The position numbers and the translations under genes were made by a program. From an uncultured Planctomycetaceae bacterium (GTDB lineage: Bacteria > Planctomycetota > Planctomycetia > Planctomycetales > Planctomycetaceae): a stretch of DNA of 64,000 bases. The stretch covers positions 160,001 to 224,000 of the forward strand of contig CAWFGE010000007.1 in assembly GCA_963815195.1 (NCBI GenBank), in the 5' to 3' direction. Under the pieces are notes generated by a model. The model had not been told where the DNA came from. It saw only the letters and a list, made by a program, of their open reading frames with translations, and ran no database searches. Positions 10,318-19,611 of this stretch are shown here, in pieces (positions within the stretch are counted from its first letter, which is position 1; every line of letters begins with the position of its first letter).

Positions 10318-11202
10318 CTATTCCCCGGACATCTGCCGGCGGATGACGTCCCACGCAGTGAGGGCGTCGCGGACGGCGCGCACGTCGTGAACGCGAAGAA
10401 TGTCGGCATGCTGCATGGCGAGAGCGACGGAGACTCCAATCGTGCCGCTCGATCGTTCTTCAACAGGCCGGCCTAGGAGTGTTTTCAAAAACCCTTTGCG
10501 GGAATGACCGACCAACACCGGCCGGCCGAGGCTGCGAAACTGTTTAATGTGCGAGAGGATCTCCAGGTTATGTTGAGCGGTCTTTCCAAACCCCACGCCG
10601 GGATCGAGCACAACGCGGCTTCGCTCGATCCCCGCTTGCTCCAGAGCATGGAGGCGCTCTAGGAAATAGTCGTTAACCTCTCGAACGACATCGTCGTATT
10701 GCGGGTTGTCCTGCATGGTTTGAGGCGTCCCCAGAATGTGCATGCACACAATCCCCGCATTGTTCGTTTGACAAAGGGGAAGCATCTCCGGATCAAACCT
10801 TAATCCGGAAATATCGTTCACAATCTGTGCCCCGTGATCGATCGCCTGCCGAGCGACGTCCGACTTGGTGGTGTCGATCGAAAGCGGCACACCGGTTCGC
10901 CGGGCGAGTTCCTTGACAACAGGGACAACCCGCCCCAGTTCCTCTTCCAACTCGACGAGCCTGGCACCGGGGCGGGTGGACTCGCCGCCGATGTCCAGAA
11001 TGTCGGCGCCTTCCTCAACGAGTTGGAGGCCATGCTCGACGGCGGCCTCCGCAGCTCGAAACAGCCCGCCGTCGGAAAAACTGTCCGGCGTGACGTTCAC
11101 GATCCCCATGATTTTCGGGAACGCCCCCAGCTCCCAACTCTGCCCGCAAAACTCCCAAGGGCAGAGCGTCGCTTCAGAAACCGGTTGTTGTTCAGCGCTC
11201 AT
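10318..11202 (-). CDS. folP: Dihydropteroate synthase
   Basis: MGIVNVTPDSFSDGG, DIGGESTRPG, DPGVGFGK, SRK and LRVHDV motifs. Confidence 0.97.
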   Translation of the reverse strand: MSAEQQPVSEATLCPWEFCGQSWELGAFPKIMGIVNVTPDSFSDGGLFRAAEAAVEHGLQLVEEGADILDIGGESTRPGARLVELEEELGRVVPVVKELARRTGVPLSIDTTKSDVARQAIDHGAQIVNDISGLRFDPEMLPLCQTNNAGIVCMHILGTPQTMQDNPQYDDVVREVNDYFLERLHALEQAGIERSRVVLDPGVGFGKTAQHNLEILSHIKQFRSLGRPVLVGHSRKGFLKTLLGRPVEERSSGTIGVSVALAMQHADILRVHDVRAVRDALTAWDVIRRQMSGE

Positions 11203-13301
11203 TTCGATTTTGATTCCGCCTTGGCAGTGGATGAATCGACGCGATAGACAACCGCCGTTCCTGAGACCAACCGCTGTTCAGAAATCCGCACAAACCGGAC
11301 GCCCGAAAACCGGCCCATTAGGATCTTCTTTTCGATACTGGGATCCAGAACCACAGCGTACACACTGCGATCGGGAAAGGCTTCGAGGACTTTATTCAGC
11401 GGGGCGAGTTCAGATCGAAATCGGCCGCGCAGGATCGGCCGATCGAGCGGCGGTATGTTTGTCACATAGTCAATATGCCGATCCGCGGGGTTGTTGGCAA
11501 TTAGCACAAGGGCCGGCCGCTGTTTGATGGTGCGATCCAACAGGTCATTAAACACGGCATAGTTTCGCCGCGCCCAAATATCCTCCTCAATCGCGGCCTG
11601 AAAGCGGGAAACATCCCACAGCGGCGGCAGCGAAACATAGGCAACAAGTAGGGAACAACCTGCCAGGCTAATCCACCAAACCACTAGGCCAATCCGTCCC
11701 GATTGCCGCCAGGCATTCATAAAATAGCAGGACACGCCGGCATAGATCAGCAAAACAAACGGAGCCGCCTCGAACACATAGTGCCAATAGCGGATGCCCA
11801 CATACCAATAGGGGATGTGGGCGATATGCAAAGAGAGAACCGCGAGGAACACGAGCCACCACCTGCCGTCTGACAAACTCGCACCCGATCGGCTTCGACC
11901 CGCCACAAATGGAAATACCGCGATCACCATCGCCAAGGGAACAACGCCTAGCACCCACTCGCCCGTGGCGACGAGCCGCTGTTGGACATTCCTTGCCGCG
12001 AGCGTCGGCGTAAGATTCTCCGCCCATTTGTCATAGTTTTCAACGACTTTTTTACTCGGATTGGACGCGGCCCGCTCGACGTTATTAAACCCATAGACAT
12101 GGCGGGGCGTGTAGATCTTAGTATAGAGTTCATAGGGCGTCGTCCAGGGGCTGCCCGTGAGTCGATAATCATAGACCAACATGGCCAGCAGGCCCAAGCC
12201 AATCGGCAAGCCTACGTTCAGTATGAGCAGCGACCGGCGGCGGAAGTTCCATCTCTTTTGCAGATCTTGATCCGAGTTTCGCAAACCGCGAATCCACCAA
12301 TAAACGAGCCAAATTCCGAACGGGAAGCCGATGCCGGCCGCCGTCATCGGCCGGCACAGCGTGGCGAAAATGAGGCCTAACCCGGCGAGAAAGGCATTCG
12401 CAAAGGACAATGTTCGCATCATGCGGAGAAACATCCAGGCGAAAAACGTCAGCCCGACCATTGTCGGATGATGCGCGAGCAACAACTGCGCGAAGAGTTG
12501 AATTCCCGGTGAAACCGCCGCCAATAAGCCGGCGAACAGGCCCGGGGCATTTCCCGCGAGTTCGCGGCCGATGGAAAACACGAACGCCGCGCTCAATGCG
12601 CCCGCGAGCCAATGCCCCCAATAGGGTTTGCCGAGGGCGACAAACGGGGCCATCCATAACGCCGTTCCGGGAAAATACCGGCCCGCGTGAACGCCGTTGT
12701 CGTTGAGCACGTGCATCTGATCGAAAAGCTGCGGGTATTGCGGATGGCTTGCATACGCCGCTCGGCCCGCGAGGAATGTCTGCGATTGAAATAAATAGCT
12801 ATATTCATCGTGCAAGGCGGGCGGCAGTTTGCACAACGGCATAACCCGTCTGGCAGACGGAGTATTGACCGCCACCCCAGTCGCCCCGATGCGAACGCTC
12901 ACGCTCCAAGACGTCAGTCCAACCAATGCCGCGAGAATGACTGCCCGGACAATTTCCGCGCGGGTTGTTGCTTCATGGGGTTTGGTTTCCGGGCCGAACC
13001 ACGTCCGCCAGAATCCGCGAGGCTCTCGTGGTTTGTGTTGTCTGATAAACCAGAATAGAGGCAGCAACAGAAATACGAAAAGCGGGAGGGTCGTGTCCAG
13101 ATTGATCGGCGTAAACCAACTCGCCCAGCCCGCCTTGGAATCGACCGCCTCGCGCAGCCGGAGAATTTCGATCGGCACGAAAATCGCCAGCCCGACAGCA
13201 ATTGCCCAAATAGTCAACGAGAGCGTCACGCGCTCGCTGGCAGGGCGGGAATGGTTGTCGGGCCGGGACGGGGTCTTAGTGGGATCGTTCGACATGCTCA
13301 T
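11199..13301 (-). CDS. Polytopic GT-C fold (ArnT/PMT-like) glycosyltransferase
   Basis: HDEYSYLFQ acidic motif after the N-terminal TMs; many TM helices; 4-bp overlap with folP. Confidence 0.65.
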   Translation of the reverse strand: MSMSNDPTKTPSRPDNHSRPASERVTLSLTIWAIAVGLAIFVPIEILRLREAVDSKAGWASWFTPINLDTTLPLFVFLLLPLFWFIRQHKPREPRGFWRTWFGPETKPHEATTRAEIVRAVILAALVGLTSWSVSVRIGATGVAVNTPSARRVMPLCKLPPALHDEYSYLFQSQTFLAGRAAYASHPQYPQLFDQMHVLNDNGVHAGRYFPGTALWMAPFVALGKPYWGHWLAGALSAAFVFSIGRELAGNAPGLFAGLLAAVSPGIQLFAQLLLAHHPTMVGLTFFAWMFLRMMRTLSFANAFLAGLGLIFATLCRPMTAAGIGFPFGIWLVYWWIRGLRNSDQDLQKRWNFRRRSLLILNVGLPIGLGLLAMLVYDYRLTGSPWTTPYELYTKIYTPRHVYGFNNVERAASNPSKKVVENYDKWAENLTPTLAARNVQQRLVATGEWVLGVVPLAMVIAVFPFVAGRSRSGASLSDGRWWLVFLAVLSLHIAHIPYWYVGIRYWHYVFEAAPFVLLIYAGVSCYFMNAWRQSGRIGLVVWWISLAGCSLLVAYVSLPPLWDVSRFQAAIEEDIWARRNYAVFNDLLDRTIKQRPALVLIANNPADRHIDYVTNIPPLDRPILRGRFRSELAPLNKVLEAFPDRSVYAVVLDPSIEKKILMGRFSGVRFVRISEQRLVSGTAVVYRVDSSTAKAESKSK

Positions 13302-13352
13302 GCGGCGGTCGCCGAGTCACTTCTCTTATATATATATGTTCGACTGGCGCCG

Positions 13353-14102
13353 TCACTCCTTCTCGAGTCCCGCTTCGTCGAGGATCTTTTGGGCCTCGTC
13401 CGGGCCGATCTCGTGGACATAGATGTTACGCCAGCGAATCTCGCCGCCGTGGGTTTGCAGCATAATTGGACCTTTTGCGGGCAGCGGCATTTTCCTTTGC
13501 GGGTCCCAGTAGTTTTCCATCACGGCCCCGTCCACGACGAGTTTGTCGTTGAGCCAAACCCATGTCCGCGAACCGACCTGGCGAATGCGGAAATTGTTCC
13601 ATTCGCCGAAGGGGCGGTCAGCGTGCATGAGGGGCAATTGGCCGGGGGCGTTTTTGGAATTATTGAACAGGCCGCCCGAGCCTTTGTCGGCGTTGCGGTC
13701 CCATTTGCCGCCTTCTTTGGTGGTGTCCCAAATCTGCACTTGGGGCGTGCCTCGCAGATAGATTCCGCTGTCGGCCTTGGCGACGGTTTTATAGTCGATC
13801 CGCAATTCGATGTCGCCGAACTCTTCGTTGGTCGTCGCATAAGGTCCCGTGCCTGAATTGACGAGTTCGCCGTTGTCGACGGACCAATGTTTCGCAAACT
13901 CGTCGCGCATTTTTTTGAGGGCGGCCGCTTTCTTTTCGCCTTCGAGCTTAGTGACGGAATGCGGATTCAAGCCGTACCAACCCGTGAGATCCCGGCCGTT
14001 AAACAGGGCGCGAAAGCCCTTGGGCGGCATCGGCGCGGCGGCCTCGACATCCCACACCGGAACAACAGCCAACGCGACCAAAAGTAACCAAACATTTTTC
14101 AT
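13353..14102 (-). CDS. DUF1080 (3-keto-disaccharide hydrolase-like) protein
   Basis: Signal peptide, LFNGRDLTGW, DSGIYLRG, GEWN, LQTHGGEIRWRNI. Confidence 0.92.
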   Translation of the reverse strand: MKNVWLLLVALAVVPVWDVEAAAPMPPKGFRALFNGRDLTGWYGLNPHSVTKLEGEKKAAALKKMRDEFAKHWSVDNGELVNSGTGPYATTNEEFGDIELRIDYKTVAKADSGIYLRGTPQVQIWDTTKEGGKWDRNADKGSGGLFNNSKNAPGQLPLMHADRPFGEWNNFRIRQVGSRTWVWLNDKLVVDGAVMENYWDPQRKMPLPAKGPIMLQTHGGEIRWRNIYVHEIGPDEAQKILDEAGLEKE

Positions 14103-14196
14103 AGTGGAGCCTTTGCAAGTTTTGGTGGATGAATAGGAATCGGACCACAGCCTATCATGGCCGGTTTTGGCGGCGGGATCAAGTTGACGCGTCCGG

Positions 14197-16644
14197 TCAC
14201 TGGGACCGGCTTGGCCGGCCGGGCGGAGGCGGCGGCGGTTGTTGCCAATTCCAGTCCGATTGGTAATGGATATCAAGATGCGGCGTGGGCAGCAGTCGGC
14301 CCCCGTTCTTTTTGGAGGTGAGCAGGGCGTCGAGCGTTCCGGTGGTCAAGAGCGTCCGCTCGACCGGCCAGGTCGGAACGCCGGTTTGCATCATCTTTTC
14401 GATGCCCCGGAGCAGATAGTTGAAATGATGATAAGGCCTCGCTTCCTGCGTCCAAAAAACGGTCGATTGAATCTCGGGCTCGTCTTCCGACCGCCAGGCG
14501 ACCGCCCATTCCGCAATCGCGGGGTTTAACGTGAAGATATTGGCTTTTAATCCATCTTGATATTGGATGGTAAACAGCACCGGTTCGGGAACGAGATCTT
14601 CAATGCGCTTGCCGGGCTTAAGGGGACGTTCCTTGAGTCGCGACAGGGCCTCGTCCAGGAGTTTCGGGTCGTAGACGCCTTCCTTTTCCGCTTCCCAGAC
14701 CGCGGCACCCACTCGGCACTGCACAGACTTGACGCCGGTCTCTCCGCCGTGCCGGCGCTCCACGAGCGATTGCACCATCTCCAAAGCATGAAAGCCGTAG
14801 GTGTCGAGCCGATGGTAAGACACCGCGACGATTTCTTTGAGCTTCGCATCGCGTTTGACATCGATCGGCGGATAACGCCAAAGCACGGGCAGCGAAGAAC
14901 CGGCCATCATCGGAATCTTCATCTCTTGGGCGGTGTCATAGATCCACTTGGCATCGGTCCAATTGTCCGAAAGATGTTTATCCGAGAACACCGGCACGAC
15001 GCGGCCGGTCTCGCGAAAGGTTTTAGCAATTTCCCCAAACAGCCGCCGCTTGGGATATTGAATCTGCCCGGTGTCGGATTCGGGATACTTGCCGTGCTCG
15101 GCAATCATCATCACGCCATCGACGGCTAAGGTATTCGTTCCGCCTGTTAAGGCACTCGGTATGTTCTTATACACAGGGATGCGGGATTCCATTGCAAGAC
15201 TGCGGCCTATATCGTTTTGCGGGATTTGATCGATATAGAGACTGCTGAGATCGAGCGGCGGCGTGTCGCCCTCGAAGTCGAGCGTATCGGTTTGCATCAA
15301 CCGGCTGAGCAGCACATCGGCATGGGAGTTGTGATAGTAAACCGTGGTGACGCCGGCGACGCGGGGAATTCGCAGGGCGTGCACGGTGAGAGGATAGATC
15401 GTCGTGACATAAACCGTGCCGTCTTTCGCGGCGCAGATGCCCATCACCACATAACGCGGCTGCAAAGGTTCGCCCGCGGGTTGATGGACGCCATGATGCC
15501 AGGGCAGCGTTTTGCCGCTACCATCGTTGAATTCCGTGTAATCGGGATTGGAAATCGCCAGCGGTCCGTGATCGGTGGGAGCTTTGTCGCCGGGATGATA
15601 GCTCACGACGCAGAGCCGCTGTTTGCCATCCGGATAGGTCGCCGCCACGCCGGCCCAGACCGTTTTGTCCGGGGCGACGCACATGGCCCGGCAATCGGTT
15701 TTTTTGGCTTTGGGAACGAGCGGCCCGAGCGAAACGCCGTGGAGGGTTTCGCCTTCCTGGGTCAGATCGTAGCGGTAGAGTTGGTTGCCGCTCATCGCGA
15801 CGGCATAGAGCGTTTTGCGGTCGGGCGAGATGTCCCAGTTGATGGGATGCCCCGTAGGATGGGCTAATAGAGAATCCTTACCTAGAGGTTTGCCGTCGAT
15901 GGTTTGCTTGAGGCGGTCTAGTTTTTTCGCATCCGGGTTATAACGGGCGATGTCGCCGCCCAGGATTGGATGATAGGCCCGGCCGAGGTAATCGACGACG
16001 ATAAAGGCATACATATGCCGGCAGTCTAGGAGATCGGTGTACTTGCCGGTCTTCAGGTCGAGCACCATAAAGTGCGTGCTGTCGGTGGGCCGCTCGTCGG
16101 AGCTTGTGCTGATATAGGCGATGCCTCGATCTTCGTCCGGCGTGACGCTGATAACGCCTTGATGCGGAACGGGAATATCATAGACGCGGGTGGTTTTGGT
16201 TTTCGGGTCGTAGACCATCGGGTATCCGCCGGGGTAGTCGCCCCGCGATTCGCCGTCTTTGGGATAGCCCTGCTTGGTGCCGAAGTAGATCTTGCCGCTT
16301 TTGCCGACGTTGTTTCTGGTATGGATTTTGGCCTGGGCGGCGAACCCGGTGGCGGTGGTGCCGATTTCTTTATGGGCATCGACCACGACCTCCATTTTCT
16401 CCGTCGGTGGATCGTAGGCGACGAGGTAGGCATTGTGCCGGTACTTGGCGGTGCCGATGTAGATCTTGCCGTCCTGGCCTTCGATGATCGAGAAATATCC
16501 GCTGCCTTCGCTGGTGGTGTGCTTGGGCACGGCATGGGCTTTCGTCCAGACCCAATGCGGCATCAAGGGCTCCGCGCACTCGACCGCAGAAATCATGAGC
16601 GAAAAGAGAATCCCCAAGCCCGCCAGCCATGTTCTTGATAACAT
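14197..16644 (-). CDS. Secreted two-domain protein: beta-propeller plus Gfo/Idh/MocA-like domain
   Basis: Signal peptide; repeated GKIY(I/F)GT blades; C-terminal half with EHGKYP, FSDKHLS, MAGSSLP, YGFHALE. Confidence 0.7.
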   Translation of the reverse strand: MLSRTWLAGLGILFSLMISAVECAEPLMPHWVWTKAHAVPKHTTSEGSGYFSIIEGQDGKIYIGTAKYRHNAYLVAYDPPTEKMEVVVDAHKEIGTTATGFAAQAKIHTRNNVGKSGKIYFGTKQGYPKDGESRGDYPGGYPMVYDPKTKTTRVYDIPVPHQGVISVTPDEDRGIAYISTSSDERPTDSTHFMVLDLKTGKYTDLLDCRHMYAFIVVDYLGRAYHPILGGDIARYNPDAKKLDRLKQTIDGKPLGKDSLLAHPTGHPINWDISPDRKTLYAVAMSGNQLYRYDLTQEGETLHGVSLGPLVPKAKKTDCRAMCVAPDKTVWAGVAATYPDGKQRLCVVSYHPGDKAPTDHGPLAISNPDYTEFNDGSGKTLPWHHGVHQPAGEPLQPRYVVMGICAAKDGTVYVTTIYPLTVHALRIPRVAGVTTVYYHNSHADVLLSRLMQTDTLDFEGDTPPLDLSSLYIDQIPQNDIGRSLAMESRIPVYKNIPSALTGGTNTLAVDGVMMIAEHGKYPESDTGQIQYPKRRLFGEIAKTFRETGRVVPVFSDKHLSDNWTDAKWIYDTAQEMKIPMMAGSSLPVLWRYPPIDVKRDAKLKEIVAVSYHRLDTYGFHALEMVQSLVERRHGGETGVKSVQCRVGAAVWEAEKEGVYDPKLLDEALSRLKERPLKPGKRIEDLVPEPVLFTIQYQDGLKANIFTLNPAIAEWAVAWRSEDEPEIQSTVFWTQEARPYHHFNYLLRGIEKMMQTGVPTWPVERTLLTTGTLDALLTSKKNGGRLLPTPHLDIHYQSDWNWQQPPPPPPGRPSRSQ

Positions 16645-16784
16645 CGTCCACCTCGTCTTAACGAAATCGTTGAGTGCCCGCCTGCCACGATGTTCGCTTT
16701 GGGGACAAAGTGCAAGTCCACGCGATCTTCTTTTTCCGCGGACGTCGCCTCACACCTTTGAAATGCGGACGGGGGGATGCTTCA

Positions 16785-17420
16785 ATGAAAGTGGAAGTCC
16801 GTGGCCCATTTCAGGGAAAGCAATTTATGGGAGAATATCAGGCGTGCCTTTGTTGCGGGCAGATTCATCGCGTGCCCGCGCTCGAACCGGCGCAGGTCGC
16901 GGCGTGCGTGCGGTGCGGGGCGAGATTGACGAATCCCCGCGAAGCCGACCGCGCCGCGATGCAAACCGCGGCGGCGGCCTTGGGGGCGTTCATCCTGTTC
17001 TGGCCCGCGGTCTTGTTGCCGATCCTCGAAATCGAACGCCTCGGCCATCATCACAAATCCAGTTTGCTCGGGGGCATTTTTGAGATGCTCGGCCACGGCG
17101 AGTGGTTCGTGGGCGCGATCGTGCTCTTGTTTTCGATCGTGTTTCCCCTGGTCAAAATCGCGCTGTTATTGGAACTCAGCCTCGTGAAACTTTTGCACCG
17201 CCGGCATCGCGCCTTGACCTATCGGCTTATGGAAGGCACCGGCCGCTGGAGCATGATGGATGTGATGCTGCTTGCGTTTCTGGTGATGCTCGTCAAACTC
17301 GGCGGGATTGTTGCCTTCCACATCGGGCCGGGGGTGGTGGCGTTCAGTTTGTGCGTGATCCTGAGCCTCGCGGCGTCGATGCGGTTTCACCCCGAGCAGA
17401 TTTGGGAGGACGGCCAATGA
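16785..17420 (+). CDS. pqiA: Paraquat-inducible protein A family membrane protein (single domain)
   Basis: CLCC...CVRCG zinc knuckle; GRWSMMDV motif; alternative start 16827. Confidence 0.88.
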   Translation: MKVEVRGPFQGKQFMGEYQACLCCGQIHRVPALEPAQVAACVRCGARLTNPREADRAAMQTAAAALGAFILFWPAVLLPILEIERLGHHHKSSLLGGIFEMLGHGEWFVGAIVLLFSIVFPLVKIALLLELSLVKLLHRRHRALTYRLMEGTGRWSMMDVMLLAFLVMLVKLGGIVAFHIGPGVVAFSLCVILSLAASMRFHPEQIWEDGQ

Positions 17421-19243
17421 CCGAGGGTGCGCCCCCGCCGCCGACCGGCGAAGCGGATTTTCCCGTGGCGGAGGTTCAGCCGGCCGGCTGGTCCTTCGGG
17501 CGTTGGCTCAGGCGAACGTGGCCGATCTGGGTCATTGGCCTGGCGTCGTTGGGCGTGGCGGCGGCGCTTGTGATGATCTCACAGGGTTCGTCGGGGCCGC
17601 GAATTGTTGTGAAATTCGCGGAGGGGCACGGGATCAAGCCAGGCGACCGGTTGCGGCATCGCGGCATCGATGTCGGCGAGGTGACCGGCGTCGAACTCGG
17701 CCCGCGGCTCGAAGACGTGCTGATTACCGTGGAACTCGCGCCGGCCGCCCACGGCATCGCCCGCCAAGGCAGCCGGTTTTGGATCGAACGGCCGCGGATC
17801 AGCCTTTCGCGAATCAGCGGCTTGGAGACCGTCGTCGGCGCGAAGTACGTGGGCGTGTTGCCGGGGCCGCCCGACGCGGCGCCGCAGTTCGAGTTCGAGG
17901 GTATGGACACGCCGCCCTTGTTCCACAATGCCGACTCGGTGGAAATCACGGTGCAATTTCAGAACGGCTACGGACTCGCGGCGGGGGATGTGGTGAAGCA
18001 TCGCGGCATCGTCGTCGGCGAAGTTGCGAGCGTGGAGCCCGATCCGAAGTTTCAAAGCATCGAAGTCCGCGTGCGGCTTATCGGGCGGGCCACGGGTTTC
18101 GCCCGCGCCGGCAGCCAGTTTTGGATCGAACGGCCCCGATTGAGCATCGCGGAAGTGCGCGGCCTCGAAACATTGATCGGCGGGCGTTTTCTCGCCGTGT
18201 TGCCCGGTTCGCCCAACGGAAAACCGCAGCGTTCGTTCGTCGGTTTGGAATCGGCCCCGCAAGGCGAACTTCCCGCGGGCGGATTGGAGATCCTGCTGCA
18301 AGGCTCCATCAAGCACGGCCTGGCCCCCGGCACGCCGGTGCTCTACCGCGGCCAGCACGTGGGGCGGATTCTCTCCGTGGGACTCGCCCATGACGCGGCC
18401 AGCGTCGATGCCCGCGCGTATATCCAGCCCGACTATCGCAACCTGATCCGCGACAACACGCAGTTCTGGAGCAACAGCGGCCTGCAACTTCGCTTGGGGC
18501 TTTCGGGGCTGGAGTTCAACACCGAAACGCTTTCCAGCCTCGCACTTGGCGGCGTGACGTTTGCGACGCCGACCTCGCCGGGCAAACCCGTCACGACGGG
18601 CCACCGGTTTCCCATCGCGGCGAAGCCCGATTCCGATTGGCTGGAATGGCAGCCCCGCATCGCCGTGGGCGCGGGCTTGATCGGCAATGGAGTTTCCATG
18701 CCATCGCCCCAGCGAGCCAGCCTGCGGTGGTCGGAATCGTTCCTGGGCATCGGCCGCACCAAACGCCGGCAAGGCTGGGTCTTGGTGCTCGACAAGGGCC
18801 GCGAACTGCTTGGCCCTGCCGACTTGCTGACGCCGGCCCAAGAGGCCGATGATGAGACGATCCTGGAAGTCAGCGGGCGAGAGATCAAGATCACCAAAGG
18901 AAAAGCGAAAGTCGTCGACGGCATCGCATTCTATTCCATCGAGGGCGAGCCGATTTCGCCGGAATCCGCCTGGCCGATCAAACGTTTGCGGTCGCCGGAG
19001 GAGTTGGAATCTTCGCTGTTGATTGCCGACCCGCAAACGCCGAAAGTTCCGCTGGCTGCCGCGAGGCTTTCCCCCAGCGAAGATCAAAAGACCTGGTTGA
19101 TCGATTCGTCCGTGCCGATCGATGGCAGCTGGCATGGCGCGTGTTTGATCTCCGTCAAAGACGGGGACCTGATCGGCATCGTGCTCGCCGACGAAACCCC
19201 GGCCCGCGTCGCGGTGATCCCGCCGAAGTTGGAAATTCCATAG
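17417..19243 (+). CDS. pqiB: PqiB/MlaD (MCE) family protein with three MCE domains and a C-terminal extension
   Basis: ATGA overlap with pqiA; TM helix; three repeats of G(L/I)xxG..v.(H/Y)RG..VG plus (S/T)xFW. Confidence 0.85.
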   Translation: MTEGAPPPPTGEADFPVAEVQPAGWSFGRWLRRTWPIWVIGLASLGVAAALVMISQGSSGPRIVVKFAEGHGIKPGDRLRHRGIDVGEVTGVELGPRLEDVLITVELAPAAHGIARQGSRFWIERPRISLSRISGLETVVGAKYVGVLPGPPDAAPQFEFEGMDTPPLFHNADSVEITVQFQNGYGLAAGDVVKHRGIVVGEVASVEPDPKFQSIEVRVRLIGRATGFARAGSQFWIERPRLSIAEVRGLETLIGGRFLAVLPGSPNGKPQRSFVGLESAPQGELPAGGLEILLQGSIKHGLAPGTPVLYRGQHVGRILSVGLAHDAASVDARAYIQPDYRNLIRDNTQFWSNSGLQLRLGLSGLEFNTETLSSLALGGVTFATPTSPGKPVTTGHRFPIAAKPDSDWLEWQPRIAVGAGLIGNGVSMPSPQRASLRWSESFLGIGRTKRRQGWVLVLDKGRELLGPADLLTPAQEADDETILEVSGREIKITKGKAKVVDGIAFYSIEGEPISPESAWPIKRLRSPEELESSLLIADPQTPKVPLAAARLSPSEDQKTWLIDSSVPIDGSWHGACLISVKDGDLIGIVLADETPARVAVIPPKLEIP

Positions 19244-19249
19244 TGCCGA

Positions 19250-19409
19250 ACGCCGGAGGGGGATTCCTACCGGTTCCCACATTCGGCCCCACCCAAGACC
19301 TTCGGCACCATCGGCCTTCGATTTCAGAATGTTGGATAAATTGGGACAACAAAGTTCCTATATTTATGAGCTATTCGGCGGCGGACTGACTAAGTTCTTT
19401 AAAAAGTGA
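19250..19409 (+). pseudogene. Possible orphan toxin C-terminal fragment (JAB/MPN-like)
   Basis: Start-less frame ...HIRPHPRPSAPSAFDFRMLDKLGQQSSYIYELFGGGLTKFFKK*, stopping 11 bp before the next ATG. Confidence 0.3.
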
Positions 19410-19611
19410 GGGAGTTTGTCATGGCTATACTGATAGGCGGAAAGACTAGGTGCGTCCTTTGTGGTGGCGTGATCGGAACGTCTGCAGAAGCGTTGGGGTT
19501 TCCTGCATTTGTACCCAACGGGCATAAATTTTCGAAATTCTCCGACAGTGCATTTCACCGAACCTGCTTTGTAGAATGGCAACACCATGAGGAGTTCGAA
19601 GAACTATTCAA

